A DNA stretch of 64,000 nucleotides from Pecten maximus (lineage: Eukaryota): assembly GCF_902652985.1 (NCBI RefSeq), contig NC_047029.1, forward strand, positions 36,952,001 to 37,016,000. The letters are read 5' to 3'. Of the stretch, positions 1 to 14,146 are shown piece by piece. Both the position numbers and the translations under genes were made by a program. Every line of letters starts with the position of its first letter. Positions within the stretch are counted from its first letter, which is position 1. The notes under the pieces are model-generated. The model did no database searches and was not told where the DNA came from. It saw only the letters and a list, made by a program, of their open reading frames with translations.

Positions 1-1872
1 AGACTCCTAACGATTTAACTTCATCACGTGTCCATTTAATTCCCTCGTGTATTCTACTTTTGTTTTTTGTTTATTCTCAACCATAACCCCTCTGGTTTCC
101 CTTATTCAACTTCAGACCAGATACATTGCCAAAACCTTCTATAATCTTTAAAGCATTAGATATGTCTAAGAATTTCAAAGTAGTGTCGTTTGCCAATTGT
201 GCAATTGTTTTGTTTTCTGTTTATTTTTAACCCCGGTATATTTCTATCATTTCTGATTCTACAGGCTGTTGCTTCTACTGCTATGACAAAAATAAGACAT
301 GAGAGTGGACAGCCCTGCCGAATACCTCTTGTTATTTCATAATCCTCCGTTATCCAGTTATTATTTTTAACGCGACCCTTTATTTTTGCATAAAAAGTTT
401 TTACCCAATTGATAAAAGAATTTCCAAACCCCAATTTTGATAGACAAGAAAACATGAAATCCCATTTATTTTTTTGGTGTCAAACGCCTTTGCAAAATCA
501 AGAAAAAGTATACACGCGTCTATATTAAACTCTTCCGAATAATCTATAATATCTTGAATTTGTCTAATGTTATATCCAATAAACCTTTTTTATATAACCA
601 TTTTGGTCTGTGTAAATAATTTTTGGCATTACTTATTTCAATCATGAAGCTAAAACAAATGCAGCGATTTTATGATTTATGTTTAGTAAAGAGATTGGTC
701 TACAATTTTCAAGACTTAATATATCATTTTTCTGGTAAACTAAGGAAACTAAACCTACATTTTGCTTTTCACTTAGTTCTTGATGTTCGTACGCTTCATT
801 TAATGATTCTGTAAGTAACTATTTTCCCTATCTGTCCCAAAAACATAGATAAAATTCTACAGAAATTCCATTGGTGCCAGGACTTTGATTTAATTTCATT
901 TTAAAAATAGCCTTAGTGCTCTCTTCATAAGTTATATAGCCATCGCAAGATTTACTTTCATTATCTGTTAATTTATAATCTCATTCTGTATTATTGATAT
1001 ATTCATTAATTTTATTTTTACTTACATTTAAAGAAATGTATAATTTGTCATAGAAATTGTATATAGTTCTTATAATGTCGCTAGGTTCCGATACTACATT
1101 TCCTGTTTCATCTCTAATAATTCGAATCACACTTTTAGACTGTCTCTGTTTTTCAAGGCCCAGAAAATATCTAGTGGTTTTTACCGCCCTGTTCTAACCA
1201 TTCTTATCGCGCCCTTATTTGTGCCCCTCGTGCCCTTACCTCATACAATAGTTCTAGCTCTTTTTTCCAAAGTGTCATCTTCTATTTCTTCTTCTGCAGA
1301 AACATTATTTTTATTCTTCAAGAATTTAACCTATCTCCTAACTTGTTTGTTGTTGACCTTTTTTCTTTAGCCTTTTTTATACAAAATGTTATACATGTAG
1401 TTTCGCTTTTTATTTTAGCTTTACATGAGTCCTATGCTTGCCTTTTGTTCAGTCCTCCCTCTCTACTCTCTTGCAAAGTTTGTTCAATACATTGGTGTAT
1501 GTTGCTTATGTATTCTTTGTTGTCTAAAATGCTATTTTTCCAAATTCCTTGACCGACTATATTATCTTTTTTTATAAGTAATTTCAATGCTATTGCTTGG
1601 TGATCAGTAAATTTTATTTGGGCAGGTCTAATATCCGATTCAATTTGAAAAATTATTATTTCTATCCAAAAATAATATATCCTGCTTGCTAAATATCTGT
1701 TTCGTCTCCATGTGTATTGGTAATTTTGCTTATGTTTGTCTCTCCATATGTCTAACAATTTGTATGTCTTGTATGTATTTCGTACTTTACAATTCCTTAT
1801 GCTACTTTTGCTGTCTTTCTCGTTAAGTACTTTATTGAAATCTCTGCCTATCACTACGAAACCTAAATTCAC
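1..1872 (-). mobile_element. Decayed L1/Tx1-type LINE ORF2 (AP endonuclease + reverse transcriptase), runs off the window start
   Basis: Endonuclease motifs (G.DFN, SRI.YF, TDH) in 1432-1872; RT motifs LDFAKAFD (about 480-510) and GIRQGCPLS in 156-455; multiple stops and frameshifts. Confidence 0.85.
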
Positions 1873-3027
1873 CGTGGAGAAGATTGATGGACTTGGAGGG
1901 CGCAGAACTTGTGTCCCTTTCCATTAGGTGGCTCGGCGAGCATGAACTTTTCGATCCTATCTCGGAGAGACATATCGATAGCTAATCTAATTTCAATTAA
2001 TTTTTGCATATTCAGAAATAACTAATCTATCGTTGTGGGGTGTTGATTGCAGTGAAGAGTTCGCGATTTGCTCAAGCTAAGGCACATTAATGACGCGAGT
2101 GGAGACGAAGGATCGTTGTTTACGTTTTCACTGCTAAAAACAGCGAGTCTTTGACGGTTTTGCGTACTGTATAAACTTCGTATGTGATATAAATAGCTTA
2201 GTCGATGCCTTGATTATTTCTTTATGTGTTATTTGTCTGTTTTCTGTGGCAATGCCATGAATTAGCGAAAAAATGGGAGACGGAGTTATCAGGGAGAATA
2301 TCGGGAGCTGGCAACGGTGTTTCGTGGGGTGCGGGATTCGCCGAAACGGACTATAAGTCTATTGACACGGAGGAAACTGGTGTTGAAATTTGCATATTTT
2401 CAGAGAATGGACCAAAATGTTTATTGATAACATATTGATTTCCATTTTTCACCTGCAAGATATACCCAGAATTTTAATTCCTAAGACTATCTTTATAATA
2501 ACTTAAACCAGATGACAATCATCTTTGGCTGTAGGTTGAAAGATACCGTAAAATTTATCATTTTGTATCGAATTAGAAAACTAGCTTCTGAGCTAGTTAC
2601 ACTTCTTTTGCATTAAAACAGATTTACTTGTGCAATTAATATTAAGTACAAAAAAATTGCATGCAAAATAAATCAAATCTGAAAATAAAAAATGTTTTAT
2701 TTCCTGTTGATTTGACAGTATTCGCAATAATACATACACGCTGTTACAAATCTGGTTTGATTCACCCGCAACGCATTGCCAAACATTTTTTTGACGCCGA
2801 CGGAAGTGACGTCATGTAATCTGGTCTTCATTTATACGGTGATCAATACCATCTGGTTTAACACAGGAGTAATGGGAAACTGTCACACAGAATGTAAATA
2901 TTAGATAATAAATGTAACAGTTAACCATTAACAATATAACAGTTCAAACATCCAACAAATGTAACAATTAACAGTCAACAGTTATAAGGGGCCTTCAACA
3001 TAGCAGAACACAAAACAAATGTCCCTT

Positions 3028-3484
3028 TCACATGTTTAGGTGGTACCCATTACTGAAGAGCTCCAGCAGTTCCTCATCCTTAAATTCCTCAGTGAAATTG
3101 GTAGACGGTGTCCTCCGAAGGGGAACCTTTATTCCATAAGGGGGAATACACTTTTGATTTGCCATCCTACATGATGTAACTGTGGCCACCAGCCTTTTAG
3201 CTTCTGCCACTGGAAGCTAGTGTCGCTTCCTGAAGTGTCTAAGCACCTAGTTTCCCCGGATATGGAAAAATTGTACACCTTGGGCAATGGAACTTCACCA
3301 CAGACACGGCATGACTGTCCGCCCAGTGTCTCAACATGCCTAGATAGGTTTTGTAAACCTTTACTCCACAGGCAGGAACAGGGTACTGCATGCCTCCCTC
3401 AACTCAAATTGTTCTCAGATCCCCGTTCAGAGATGAGACCTCCTCCGGTGCTACCATAAGCTCCACCTCGGTTGCCTTGGCCAT
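3028..3484 (-). pseudogene. Relic ORF3 of Gypsy A with two C2H2-like zinc fingers
   Basis: Manual translation from the ATG at 3484: MAKATEVELMVAPEE...(Y)PVPACGVKVYKTYLGMLRHWADSH...FHCPRC...(frameshift)VLRHFRKRH; preceded by a T-tract-AG acceptor at about 3493-3503. Confidence 0.6.
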
Positions 3485-6286
3485 TTCTGTATCTAAAAAA
3501 AAATGTTAAAGATGAAGTTCGCAGACATTAATCTTTATTTAATATACAGGCTTCAGCCTTCTAAAGAAGCTTAATTAATTCGTTATACTCAAATAAAACT
3601 TTATTTTGAGAGTATAACCCCATAAGACGAAATATAAACAGTAATAACATAACATAATACAAAGACAAGACAAGAACAGTGACACTTCTGCACATCAGAT
3701 GGGACTGTAAATGACCTTGGGTTTGATCTTCCTGCCAAACCTACTAAGTTTGGGACTTTGATGAGGAGTTCTTTCTACAGGTTCAAGGTCAGGACTGGAA
3801 AGGTCAATGTCAGAGTCAGCTTGAGGAGAAACAGATATGTCATTGGCAGACACAACACCTTCTTTCTCCCTCCATGCTTCTGGGATGCAGTCACCTTCAA
3901 AGGGTTTTAAATTGTCCACATGGACTGTCATGGGCCTCAAGCTTGGCTTACTCTGAATCATGTAGGTTAAAGGGGACACAAGTCCTACAACCCTATATGG
4001 ACTTGTCCATCCCTTCCCAAGTTTACAGGACAAAGCAGGGGGTAATATCGCAAAACAAAATCCCCAACACCATAGATTCGAGGCTTTAAACCAGTCATAA
4101 TTGTTTTTCTGTCTTTCAGCATCCAAACTTTTAGTAACAAAATCGAGTGTGTTTCGCATACTGTGCTGCAACCACTTTACATACAAATTTGGACAAACTG
4201 GATACTTTGCAGGGGTGGGCACTCCTATAACTATATCTTATGGACAGTTATTTTCTCTCCCAATCATTACAAGATTAGGGCTACACCAAGTGCTCTTTAA
4301 TAGAGTGGCTCGATATGCCATGAGAACGTATGGTAAATGGTCATCCCAGTCATCGTATTCGGTGTTAACAAAAGTTGATAACATCTGTATACGTGTCCTA
4401 TTAAATCTCTCAACTAAGCCGTTTGGTGGGGGATGATATGGGGTTGTACGACTCTTTAAAATCCCCAACTTTTCACATAACAGGGTAAATAATTCTCCCT
4501 CGAACTCGCCTCCGCGGTCCGTTAATATCTGGTATGGCACCCCAAATCTACTAATAAATTTCGAACACAATTTGTCAGCTATGCTATGAGCTGTATGATT
4601 AGGAAGAGTATAAGCTTCTACCCACTTGGAGAAATAGTCACAGACAACCATAATACAACGCATACCGTTTGCAGTATACAGGTAAACCACTGAGAATGTC
4701 TTTATAAATTCTATCTAAAGGACCAGGTTTACGACGTGCGCAAATTTCACATTTTCTGCACCAGCGTTTAACATCATCAGACAAGCCAGGCTGGTAAAAC
4801 CTTCTCCTGATCTGATATATTGTTTTATCCCTACCCAGATGTATGCGGTCTTACTACTATGTATTTGATACAGAATCTGCTCTCTAACCCTAACAGGGGC
4901 TAGGACCCTATACATTGTGTTACCATCTAGTCCAGCATCTCTGACATACAATAACCCATCCCCAGACTCGGAACTCATATCCCACAATCTGACAGTATAC
5001 TTTAACTTCATAAGCTAAACCAATAGTTTCACTCTTTCTAGGGTTTTTCTCCTATCAGCTTTAAGCTGTCTGAACTTTGAAATATGAGGGCCAGCACACT
5101 GTTCCCTCTCTAACCAATCCATACCCCAGGAATCTAACCAATTAGAAAACATTTTCGGAGCTTCGATCGATGGAGTACCATCATCTGATGAGGAGACTAC
5201 ATTTGTAGTTTCTTCTAGTCTAAAACAGTCAGGACATGCTCCCCTACCACACTGCTTCTTGGGTCTGCGTGACAGGCCAACATCATTACTGTGTTGACTA
5301 CCCGGCCGGTGTAGTATGTCATAATCAAACATATCAATAATGCTAATCCACATAGCGAATATACCTTATTGCTCTTTAAAATTCTTTAACTAGCTAGCAT
5401 AACACAAAACTTTTCCCTCTCCACCCTGGATTTGGGACAGAACACATCCCATGGCTGTACTACTAGCATCACCGTCTAAGATGTAAGTACTCTAGGGATA
5501 TGACAGTATAGGGCTAGTTACTAAAAAGGTATTTTCAAACGAAGTCTGACACTTTTCATCCCATTGAAACACTTTCCCCTTCCTGGTCAATTTTGTCAAA
5601 GGTCTAGATAGATCTATGAAATTATGAATAAATATGAAACTTGGGTTTGGAAAATGGTACATTTTTTGGTTTTTGTTTCAGATTAGCTGTACGGAAGCAT
5701 TCGAAAACACTGATCAGGTTTGCCATAGCAATTTCAAATTTGGAGCCGACAACAATCACGTCATCTAAATAGCACAAGCATTTTGACCACTGTAAGCCCC
5801 CTAACACCAGCTGCATGAGCCTTGAAAAGGTTGTTGGGGCATAACAGAGCCCAAAAGGCATGGCATTAAATTCGTAAAGCCCTTTGTGGGTAGCAAAAGC
5901 TGTTTTAGCTTTGTCTTTCTCCTTTTTCTCATCCATGCGACACTGTCAATAGCCACTTGCCAAATCTAATGTGGAAAACCATTTAGCGGCTGAAAGTGTG
6001 TCCAATGCTTAATCAATTTTTGGTAAGAGATATGCGTTTTTCTTTATGAAAGCATTTAGTTTCCTATAATCAATGCAGAAACGAACATAACTATCTTTCT
6101 TTGTACAAAGACTATTGGAGCTGACCAGGGACTTGAGCTAGGCTCAATAACACCCTTCTCCAGCATACTGTCTAGCTCCTTTTCTACCACTATTTTTTGA
6201 GTGTGCGATATCCTTTTGGGTGCCATTTTTATTTGTGTGAACCCCTGAGTATCTATAGGGTGCTTGACTAATTTTGTCCTGCCTAG

Positions 6287-6340
6287 TGACCTTAGATGTT
6301 AATAGGACGTTAAACAAAATAAACCAAACCAAACCAAACC
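6287..6340 (+). mobile_element. 3' fragment of the tRNA-derived SINE family, inserted in Gypsy A pol
   Basis: ...GTTAATAGGACGTTAAAC followed by an (AAACC)n tail, matching the 3' end of the fuller copies; it splits the pol sequence GPDG/LGRT. Confidence 0.75.
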
Positions 6341-6999
6341 AGCCCCATCAGGACCTGTTATAAATCACTGACTTCACTCCTTTGACTGTTTGTGAACCTA
6401 TCAGTAAATTGACGTTTTGTACAAATGGTTCACATATTCGTGAATTAAAAACACAGAAACAACGATACGTTTGATTAATTGAATGAACCACTGGTGCATC
6501 ACGTCAGCGGCGCGGCAGTGTCTGCCAACTCGCTAGCTTTTATGATCAAATCTCCACCATCTATCAAAGACATCGTTCCAAAACTACTTGCATGGTTTTA
6601 TATGTATGTTTCATTGTATTTCTGTTGATACTTTATCGGGAACACGAGCTAATAATTCGGATTTTTAACACAAACAGAAGACCGAGTATTCTAATTTTAG
6701 TAACACAGATCATGATCACATGACCATATCTTATCCAAGATGGCTCTATAAACACACACATGTGAGTACGTCGATTGATACGAATTCACGATTTGGTTTA
6801 TATTTAATTGCGTGATTTTTTAAAATATTTTGAACTTGTAATTCATATCGTTTTTTACATTCTCGTTACAATCATGGAAACGTATTATATCTACCAATAA
6901 AGTAGCGATCTTTGTTGTCATGTAGTTATTTTGCGTGCTGTCAAAATCTGAAAATTTCTACGGCTTCGATTATTTTGAGAGAAGGCTACGACATATTTT

Positions 7000-8330
7000 T
7001 ACATCAAGGGGAAACACAAGGTCCTTGACTTAAGACAAGGAGTCAGTGGATTATCTGGCATTGTTTTTAGATCAGGTATTAATTGATACACTGATAGAGG
7101 AGATCGGAATTATATGCTCAACACTGCAAATTCGAAATTGACACAAGTGACAAATCCGGAATAAAACAAAATTGCAAGCAACCTAGGAAGGGCCGCATTG
7201 AAAGGCTGTTAGTGTTGTTAAATGAAAGCTTTCCTGTGTCTTTGTATGGCATTGAGTGTGGTCATGAACCAGGCTGTCAGTAAAACTTTATGGTAATGAA
7301 TTGACTACTTCATCAGATACAATATTATCAGCTGATTATGGTATTTTTTTCTCCTACATGTACTTGAATTTTTTTAATACCCATTTTTTATTACATTCAT
7401 ACTGAGTTGTACTCATTGTGAATACATGAATCTCAAACTTCATACAACATCCATAAAGGTGCATATGTAATGCTGTCCCAATCACAATTATAGTGCAAAG
7501 ATACAATTTATTAACACTCAAAATGTATCCACTCATAACAAATAAATCCCTATATTATAATGACATTTTCTGGTGTGTTCATAATAAATTAACTGGAGGA
7601 AGATGCCATAATGCAGAATGAACTCTAGCCAGTGTTGTGAAGAAATGTTTACAGGGGACTGGTATTCAGGGTCAAGGCTGGGGACATGTATACCAGGATG
7701 ACTCTTATATTTAACATCACTTTGAATGAGAACACCTATGACTGTTGTACAGTAATTATATATATAAGGTCTATAGTAATTAAGGTCCAACTGCCATGAT
7801 CTACCAAGGGATATCATGCAGAAAAGGCCAGATGATATTGTACAAAAAAGGCCCACTGGTATCTGTTGTATGGAAAGACAAAAAAAATGTGTTACTGCAC
7901 TCTCTACTTTTCATATCGAACCTGCCACAGAGGTATAAACAGACTCACAGATTATTAAACAAGAAGATGACAAGTTTGCCAGGGAAATATATCTTGCCCA
8001 GAACTAATAACAGACTACATTTCCCATATTGGTGGTGTAAACAAGGCAGATCAAAACCTGCAGTATTTAATTAATCATAAAAGCTGAACTCTTATCAGGT
8101 GTTCCTTCAATGTACCAACAACTTTCCTGGACAGGGCAAGCAATAGTTGTCATTCCTGCAGTTTACATAAAGCATCATATGGGGACTGGTTGATAAATTC
8201 ACCTCAAGAAAGGATTGTCTGACCCTACCTGGGACAAGTTTGCATCTCGGTCATGGTATCATGTTTGTTACATGTGTTGCACAAAGAGACAGCAGGATAA
8301 ATCAGTCAATCTTTTTGCTGAACATTTCAT
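7000..8330 (+). mobile_element. Highly decayed piggyBac-like transposase relic, within an insertion of about 2.6 kb (about 6357-8957) in Gypsy A
   Basis: KGQMILYKKGPLVSVVWKDKKNV (about 7822-7892) resembles the piggyBac W.Dk+.V motif; GGV(N)KADQNLQY at about 8031-8068 resembles GGVDxxDQ. TIRs and TTAA not resolved. Confidence 0.55.
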
Positions 8331-9691
8331 TTTTCTGGCAGTATTAATTTGCTTGAACTACTAAGTTGCAAGCAATGAATATCATTTACAGTGTACCTCA
8401 TTATGAAAATTAAAAAATAATGAAAACAAGAAAAACAAATTAAAAGAAAGGAAGAAAAATTGAAGAAAAAAAAACAAAAGAAAAAAAGCCTTACGAAAAT
8501 GCGTTTTTGTAATATTGCATCAAAATATAAAAAAAGATTCATGTATTTGAAAACACAACTTGTTAAAAAAAAATGGAAAAAACCCAAAAATAAACAAAGA
8601 AAAAGGCTGCCCTTTCATGCTTGCAAGTGACTACCCACCCTTGATGCACGCGTTTAACACTTAATTCACTGTGTTGTTCATTGTATTGTTTTCATTTTCT
8701 TTTCCCCTCGTTTATATTAAATGTTAGAAGAGCTCATTCAAACTGTATTTTGCTTCCTAAGTTTTCGTGGCGGTGAGAGTTATCCTTCTTGATGTTGGAA
8801 CCGCGTCGTCAAAATGGCGGCTAACAACCAAAATCGAGAATTTGCTGTTGGTACTGCATGCTACCGCTGACTGTACAGAGCGGTTTCCAAAAACAATATC
8901 CAATAGGTCCTGTCTAGTACATCCTGTAAATGATGAGGTAAACCAGCACGCGGTGTAACACTATCATCCTGAATACCATGTACCTGAGCAACTGGAGAAA
9001 CACAGACTACAACAGTATTACTATGCATATTTATATCCTTGGCAGTAAGGTTTAACAATGACAGAGTTATCTCCCTTTCCCATCCAAGGGGCTATCACTG
9101 TTTTGGCTATAAGTAAGCCCTGGTTGGCCACTTGTTTGTTTGGTTCCATCACACCTATTCTGCTATCCATTTCCACATCAACATACCCCGGGAAGTAACA
9201 CTCAAAATTTCCTGGTATCGAAACAGTTTCTGACACTCTAAAATGGGCACATTTACTTACAGGCTTTGCATTAAGTTCTTCCCTGTGGCCTCCCAACTTC
9301 AGAGTCTTCTCACCAAAATTCATTTCTCCCCCATGAGAGGAAACCAATACCCAAAATACCTTTGAGTTCCTGAAGTTTTACCACGATAGCTTCCTATGTG
9401 AAAGATCTGCTTTCCCAAACACCACTAAATTACTCCCATAGGCTGTTGTTAGCTTAAGACGCCAGCTTTTCAACTCAGGCTTACACCTTTGGTCTAATTT
9501 GCTGTATAAGTCAATATCAATGAGTGTAACTGATGATTCAGAATCCACTAAAAAACTAGTATTCAAACCACCAACACCAACACCAGCGAACAAACTAGGC
9601 TGAATTGTAATTAGCACTTTGACGGGCCCTTCACTCTCAGATTTAAGAGCTGATCCTCTGGCCCCGTGACCAGCTCTGTCCAGTTTTCCTG

Positions 9692-11751
9692 AGCGGGCTG
9701 AAGTAAGCAGCGGATCCGTTATTCGTTATTGGGGATTCGATTAACGAATCCGCTGCTGACAGTGGATTGGGGATTCGAATAACGAATCCGCTACCAGCAG
9801 CGATTTGGGGATTCAGGTTTTTTTTTTTATGTTTGAATGATATTTCTTGTTATTGACATTTTGACGTTTGGATTCAAATAACGAATCCGCTGCAGCAGTG
9901 GATTCGGGATTCAGTTACATATATATTAGTTATTTTTCTTATAATATATGATTGGGGATTTGAATAACGAATTCGCTACCAGCAGCGGATTGGGATTCAT
10001 TATTTTTATGTTTGAATGATATTTCTTGTTATTGACATTTTGACGTTTGGATTCAAATAATGAATCCGCTGCAGCAGTGGATTAAGGATTCAATTACATA
10101 TTAGTAATTTGTCTTATAATATGATACCAGCAGCGGAATGGGGATTTGAAAAACGAATCCGCTGCAGCAGCGAATTGGGGAATCAAATAACGAATCCGCT
10201 GTCAATAACGAATCCGCTGCAGCAGCGGATTGGGGATTCAGTTTCTAATGTGCAATTGTTATTTTTATACCCCCGCAATGAAATGGTGGGAGGTGGGGAT
10301 GGGGGTATAGAGGGGGATATCTAACAGTGTCTTCAGTAATATCAAATATATTTCACGAGTGTGGCTAATATTTTGATATTTTTGAAAAACAGGAGTGAAA
10401 TATAGTTGGTATTACTGAAGATACTGTTAGATATTATGTTTATTACACATTCATAGCAAAATATACCGAGTCAGCTCAATCTCTCCCAGAATTCATTGCG
10501 GTCCCTTGTCAACGGCTCACAAATGTACGCAAAATCGTGACGTTATATATTCTATCTTACATTATAACGTCATATAACTTCAAATCTTTCTTTTCCGCAT
10601 TGTCGTTTGTAAGCAGTGTTCTGATTGGTCAAATCAGAAAAGGTGATATTTTTCACTAGTGAAACATATCAAAAAAGAGATATTTTTCATCAAAATGTCA
10701 CGTTGATAGAATGAATAATTCTCGATACAAACATCCAAGATGGCCGCCACAGCCCATGATTGGCTGAAAATATATCCTTTAATAACGTTTGTTCTATCTG
10801 ATTGATTCTAATGGATCTTGATGGGAAAGATGATACCATGACAGCACTCATTATAAACAATCAAAAACAACAAAATAACGATTCAAGATGGCCGTCAAAT
10901 AGAGATTTCTGATTGGTCGATATTTAAATATCCTTCGATTTTCATGAAATTTGGTATTATATGCAGTCTGGCTATACAAAGACAATGGCAGTATTTATTT
11001 TTGTAAAAAAAAAAATTGGAAGCCATTTTTCTGGCCCCTTATTGGTCAAAATATAAATATAAGTTTCGGGAACTTATTTCATGTGAAGGCGGGGCCATTT
11101 ATGTCTTACAGACATATCTAGTTCTTATAAGATATGATTGTAGATTCGAATAACGAAACCGCTGCCAGCAGCGGATTGGGGATTTGGTTACATACATGTT
11201 CAATTGAAAGAAAAGAAACTCTTGGCAGCAGATTCGAACTAGAATCCCATTATTGTTAATTGAATTACAAAGTAATTATATCATTGAAATACCCGCAAAT
11301 TACCATTTTCGTACTTTGTGAAAAAAATGCGTCAATTATACATCAAGAACTGAATCCATAATATGCTATTGGCAGCAAATTCGTTATTCGAATCACAAAA
11401 TCAAAATGTAAAATCGAATCTCCAATCATAGTTCATCAGAAAAATACCAAAAGTAATTGAATCCCCAATCCGCTGCTGGCAGCTGCAGCGGATTCGTTAT
11501 TCGAATCCCCGGCAGCGGATTCGTTATTCGAATCCCCAATCACATATTATAAGAAAAACACTTATATGTTACTGAATCCCCAATCCACTGCTGCAGCGGA
11601 TTTTTTTATTTGAATCCAAACGTCAAAATGTCAATAAAAAGAAACATAATTTAAACATAAGAATCTGAATCCCCAATCCGCTGTTTGCAGCTGATTCATT
11701 GTTCGAATCTCCAATAACAAATAACGAATCCGCTGCTAACTTCAGCCCGCT
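9692..11751. mobile_element. Non-autonomous foldback/MITE-like element with long modular terminal inverted repeats, inserted at the gag end of Gypsy A
   Basis: The left end AGCGGGCTGAAGTAAGCAGCGGATCCGTTATT is nearly the reverse complement of the right end AATAACGAATCCGCTGCTAACTTCAGCCCGCT; the arms are built of repeated CAGCGGATTGGGGATTCGAATAACGAATCCGCTG units. Confidence 0.75.
10262..11123 (+). mobile_element. Helentron-like (HINE/DINE-type) non-autonomous element nested in the foldback element; itself contains a hairpin-ended insert at about 10321-10720
   Basis: TTTTTATACCCCCGC start; end GCGGGGCC...TATGTC-TTACA-GACATA-TCTAGTT hairpin; internal inverted repeat AACAGTGTCTTCAGTAATA / TATTACTGAAGATACTGTT (10323-10429). 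Confidence 0.5.
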
Positions 11752-13769
11752 ACAAATGTAACAGTGTCTCTGTGAGGAATTGTCAGAACTCTTGGCTCTA
11801 GGATGATTTCTGTGTCTGGAATTCAATTTCCTATTTAACCTTTGAAATTGCTCTAAAATCAGGGATGCTAAAATAGACTCAGACCCACCTTCTGTAGTTT
11901 TGTTAGAGTCGTTGGGAATAGCCTGAACAAAAGCCGGAGCTTCAGGGTTCAATTCCCTTGGCTTCCTAACTGGAGTCTGACCTACATGTCTCGCACTGAA
12001 AGATTCAAATCTAATAGCAGCACTAACTGCTTGATCTAATGTTTTGACATGAAATAATTGTACATGTCAACTAAGTTCAAAATTGTTTAAACCATCTACA
12101 AACTGGTCAACAATATCTCCTTCTAACCTAACAAATCTACCTGTTGGGGCAGGCCTTACGGGCAGCTAATCTCAGGGCTTCGCCGTAAACCGTTAAACTA
12201 TCACCTTCTTTTCTATGTCTACTGTTGAATTCTGACTTGTAAGCAGCTTCTCTACCAGGAGGATCAAACCTATTGGTTAGTACCACTTTTACTTTATCAA
12301 AAGTAAACATTTCTGAGGGCCTCAACTCTGACAAAACCCTTTGTGCTGATCCCCTTAAACACATAGTTATCTGTTGGGTATTTTCAAAGTTTGTCCACCC
12401 ATTCCAATTTGAAATTTGTTCAAAATGTATAAGGAAATCCTGAAAACTTGTTGTCCCATCACACGTTTGAGGATATATTCTTTCCTTTTTATAGAGATGG
12501 AAGAACTAGTTGGAGGTCTAAAACCAGAATGTGGAACATTTACATTACCTAACCCTGCAGGAAATGTAGGGACAGTATTTGTAACATTTGTGCTCATGAC
12601 CTCTCTTGTATTTGAACAAAGTGGTGCTTACAGACAAAGACTGAGATGGAGAATAAGGCATACTAGGTTGATAACCCAACCTTCGTTCCGAAGACATCTC
12701 TAGGGGACCTAAATTATTATCCCCATATTATTGAGAGTCATATGTGTAATATGGGGTACTACACACTGGAGGTCTTAAATTTGTTTGAAATGAAACTTTA
12801 CCAGAAGCTTTGTATTCTGGGGATTCACCATACATAGTATATGAGAACATGGACAAACAATAAATATGACAAGACAAGCCCCTAAGCGGTGGCTACCGGA
12901 TAGCATACAGTCAACAAACACTCACGTTACAGGACAGCACGCATGGCTTCACCTGCAAATACCCTAAATGACATAAGACGAAGACACCCACCTTACGTGC
13001 AGACGAGGTTAGTAGACAGACAGAGACACAGAACAGAGAGTCCGACCAGCTCCAGGAGCATTTTACAGACTGTCGGAACAATAACAATAGGGATAATTTA
13101 CAGCAAGTCCATCCAATGACAGAAGAGATTAGAGTTCAACCAATGAGAGGCGAGGTTACAGATAGAAAGCGAATGTAGAATCAGAATAGTAACAAGAGGT
13201 CCTTTCCGGGAGCAGCCAACATACACAGGTAAACATTATCCTCGTATTTCACACATATAGATTCAATCACACTCCACCACGGCCGGGTCTACATGACATT
13301 CATACCACAACTTCCACACATCTACCTGTACAGCGTTACCTGTTTGAACTAGGATACGATTGAGTGCCTTCACGGCATTCGCTATGTCTGTATAGCCCAA
13401 TGTTTGTACGTGTAAATGACTCATATTGGATTTTTCTCGCCAAAGTTCACTAAAAACTGCTATCAGGTTTCAACATTCAGATCCTTATATACAATACTAC
13501 CTGAATCCTGGAAACATACACTTCGCATTACTGCTGTAAATCGCCTTATTCATCAGAGCTAAAATCTACCGACCTTCCCATAGCAAGGGGCATATCACTC
13601 TTGCGCTTCACTTTTAATATAGGCTGAAAATCAAAATTGTATAGAAACCATATATAGAAGTCTGCTAAAATATAGACTTTTACATTGATATCTATAGACG
13701 GTGGTCAAATATTAACATGTACTAAGTATATACTTATAGATTAATCTCGACTACAAATACATGTAATAT

Positions 13770-14120
13770 CTCAGGTTCATATATTTACAAAAACCGAATT
13801 ATAGACTTGCATACTAATCTTGACTGTAATTATAGCTGAGCTTTATATATTTACATAAACCGAAGTAAAGACTTACAGCTGAGGTTTATATATATATACA
13901 AAAACCGAATTATAGACTAACATACTAATCTTTACTATAAGTAAAAGCTGAGGTTTATATATTTACATAAATCAAAGTAAAGACTTACAGCTGAGGTTCA
14001 TATATATATATACAAAAACCGAATTATAGACTAACATACTAATATTTACTATAAGTAAAAGCTGAGGTTTATATATTTACATAAATCAAAGTATAGACTT
14101 ACAGCTGAGGTCTATATATA
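13770..14120. repeat. AT-rich minisatellite (GCTGAGGTTTATATAT...AAACCGAATTATAGACT units), split by the Gypsy B insertion
   Basis: Several imperfect tandem units; the same repeat resumes at 20392 and, in the duplicate segment, at about 26426. Confidence 0.75.
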
Positions 14121-14146
14121 TGTAGCGGGAATAGGTTTTACTAGTT

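Larger units (their letters stand above)
3028..12720 (-). mobile_element. Decayed, repeatedly interrupted Ty3/Gypsy retrotransposon A (gag, protease, RT, RNase H, integrase, relic ORF3); LTRs not recognised
   Basis: Gag fragments 11750-12600 (CLRGSAQRVL; CYIC knuckle start); protease FLVDSESSVTLI 9378-9617; RT MPFGL/YLDDVIV 5622-5936; RNase H end HRPGSQHSN 5015-5353; integrase DYFSKWVEA/TDRGGEF/NGLVERFNRT 4238-4690; GPY/F-like module 3695-4222. Confidence 0.9.

Noticed and set aside
1873-2880. Possible non-autonomous DNA transposon between the LINE and Gypsy A
   Set aside because: Composition suggests an insert, but no convincing TIR pair or TSD could be identified.
12900-13400. 5' LTR/PBS of Gypsy A
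   Set aside because: No matching second LTR and no clear PBS.
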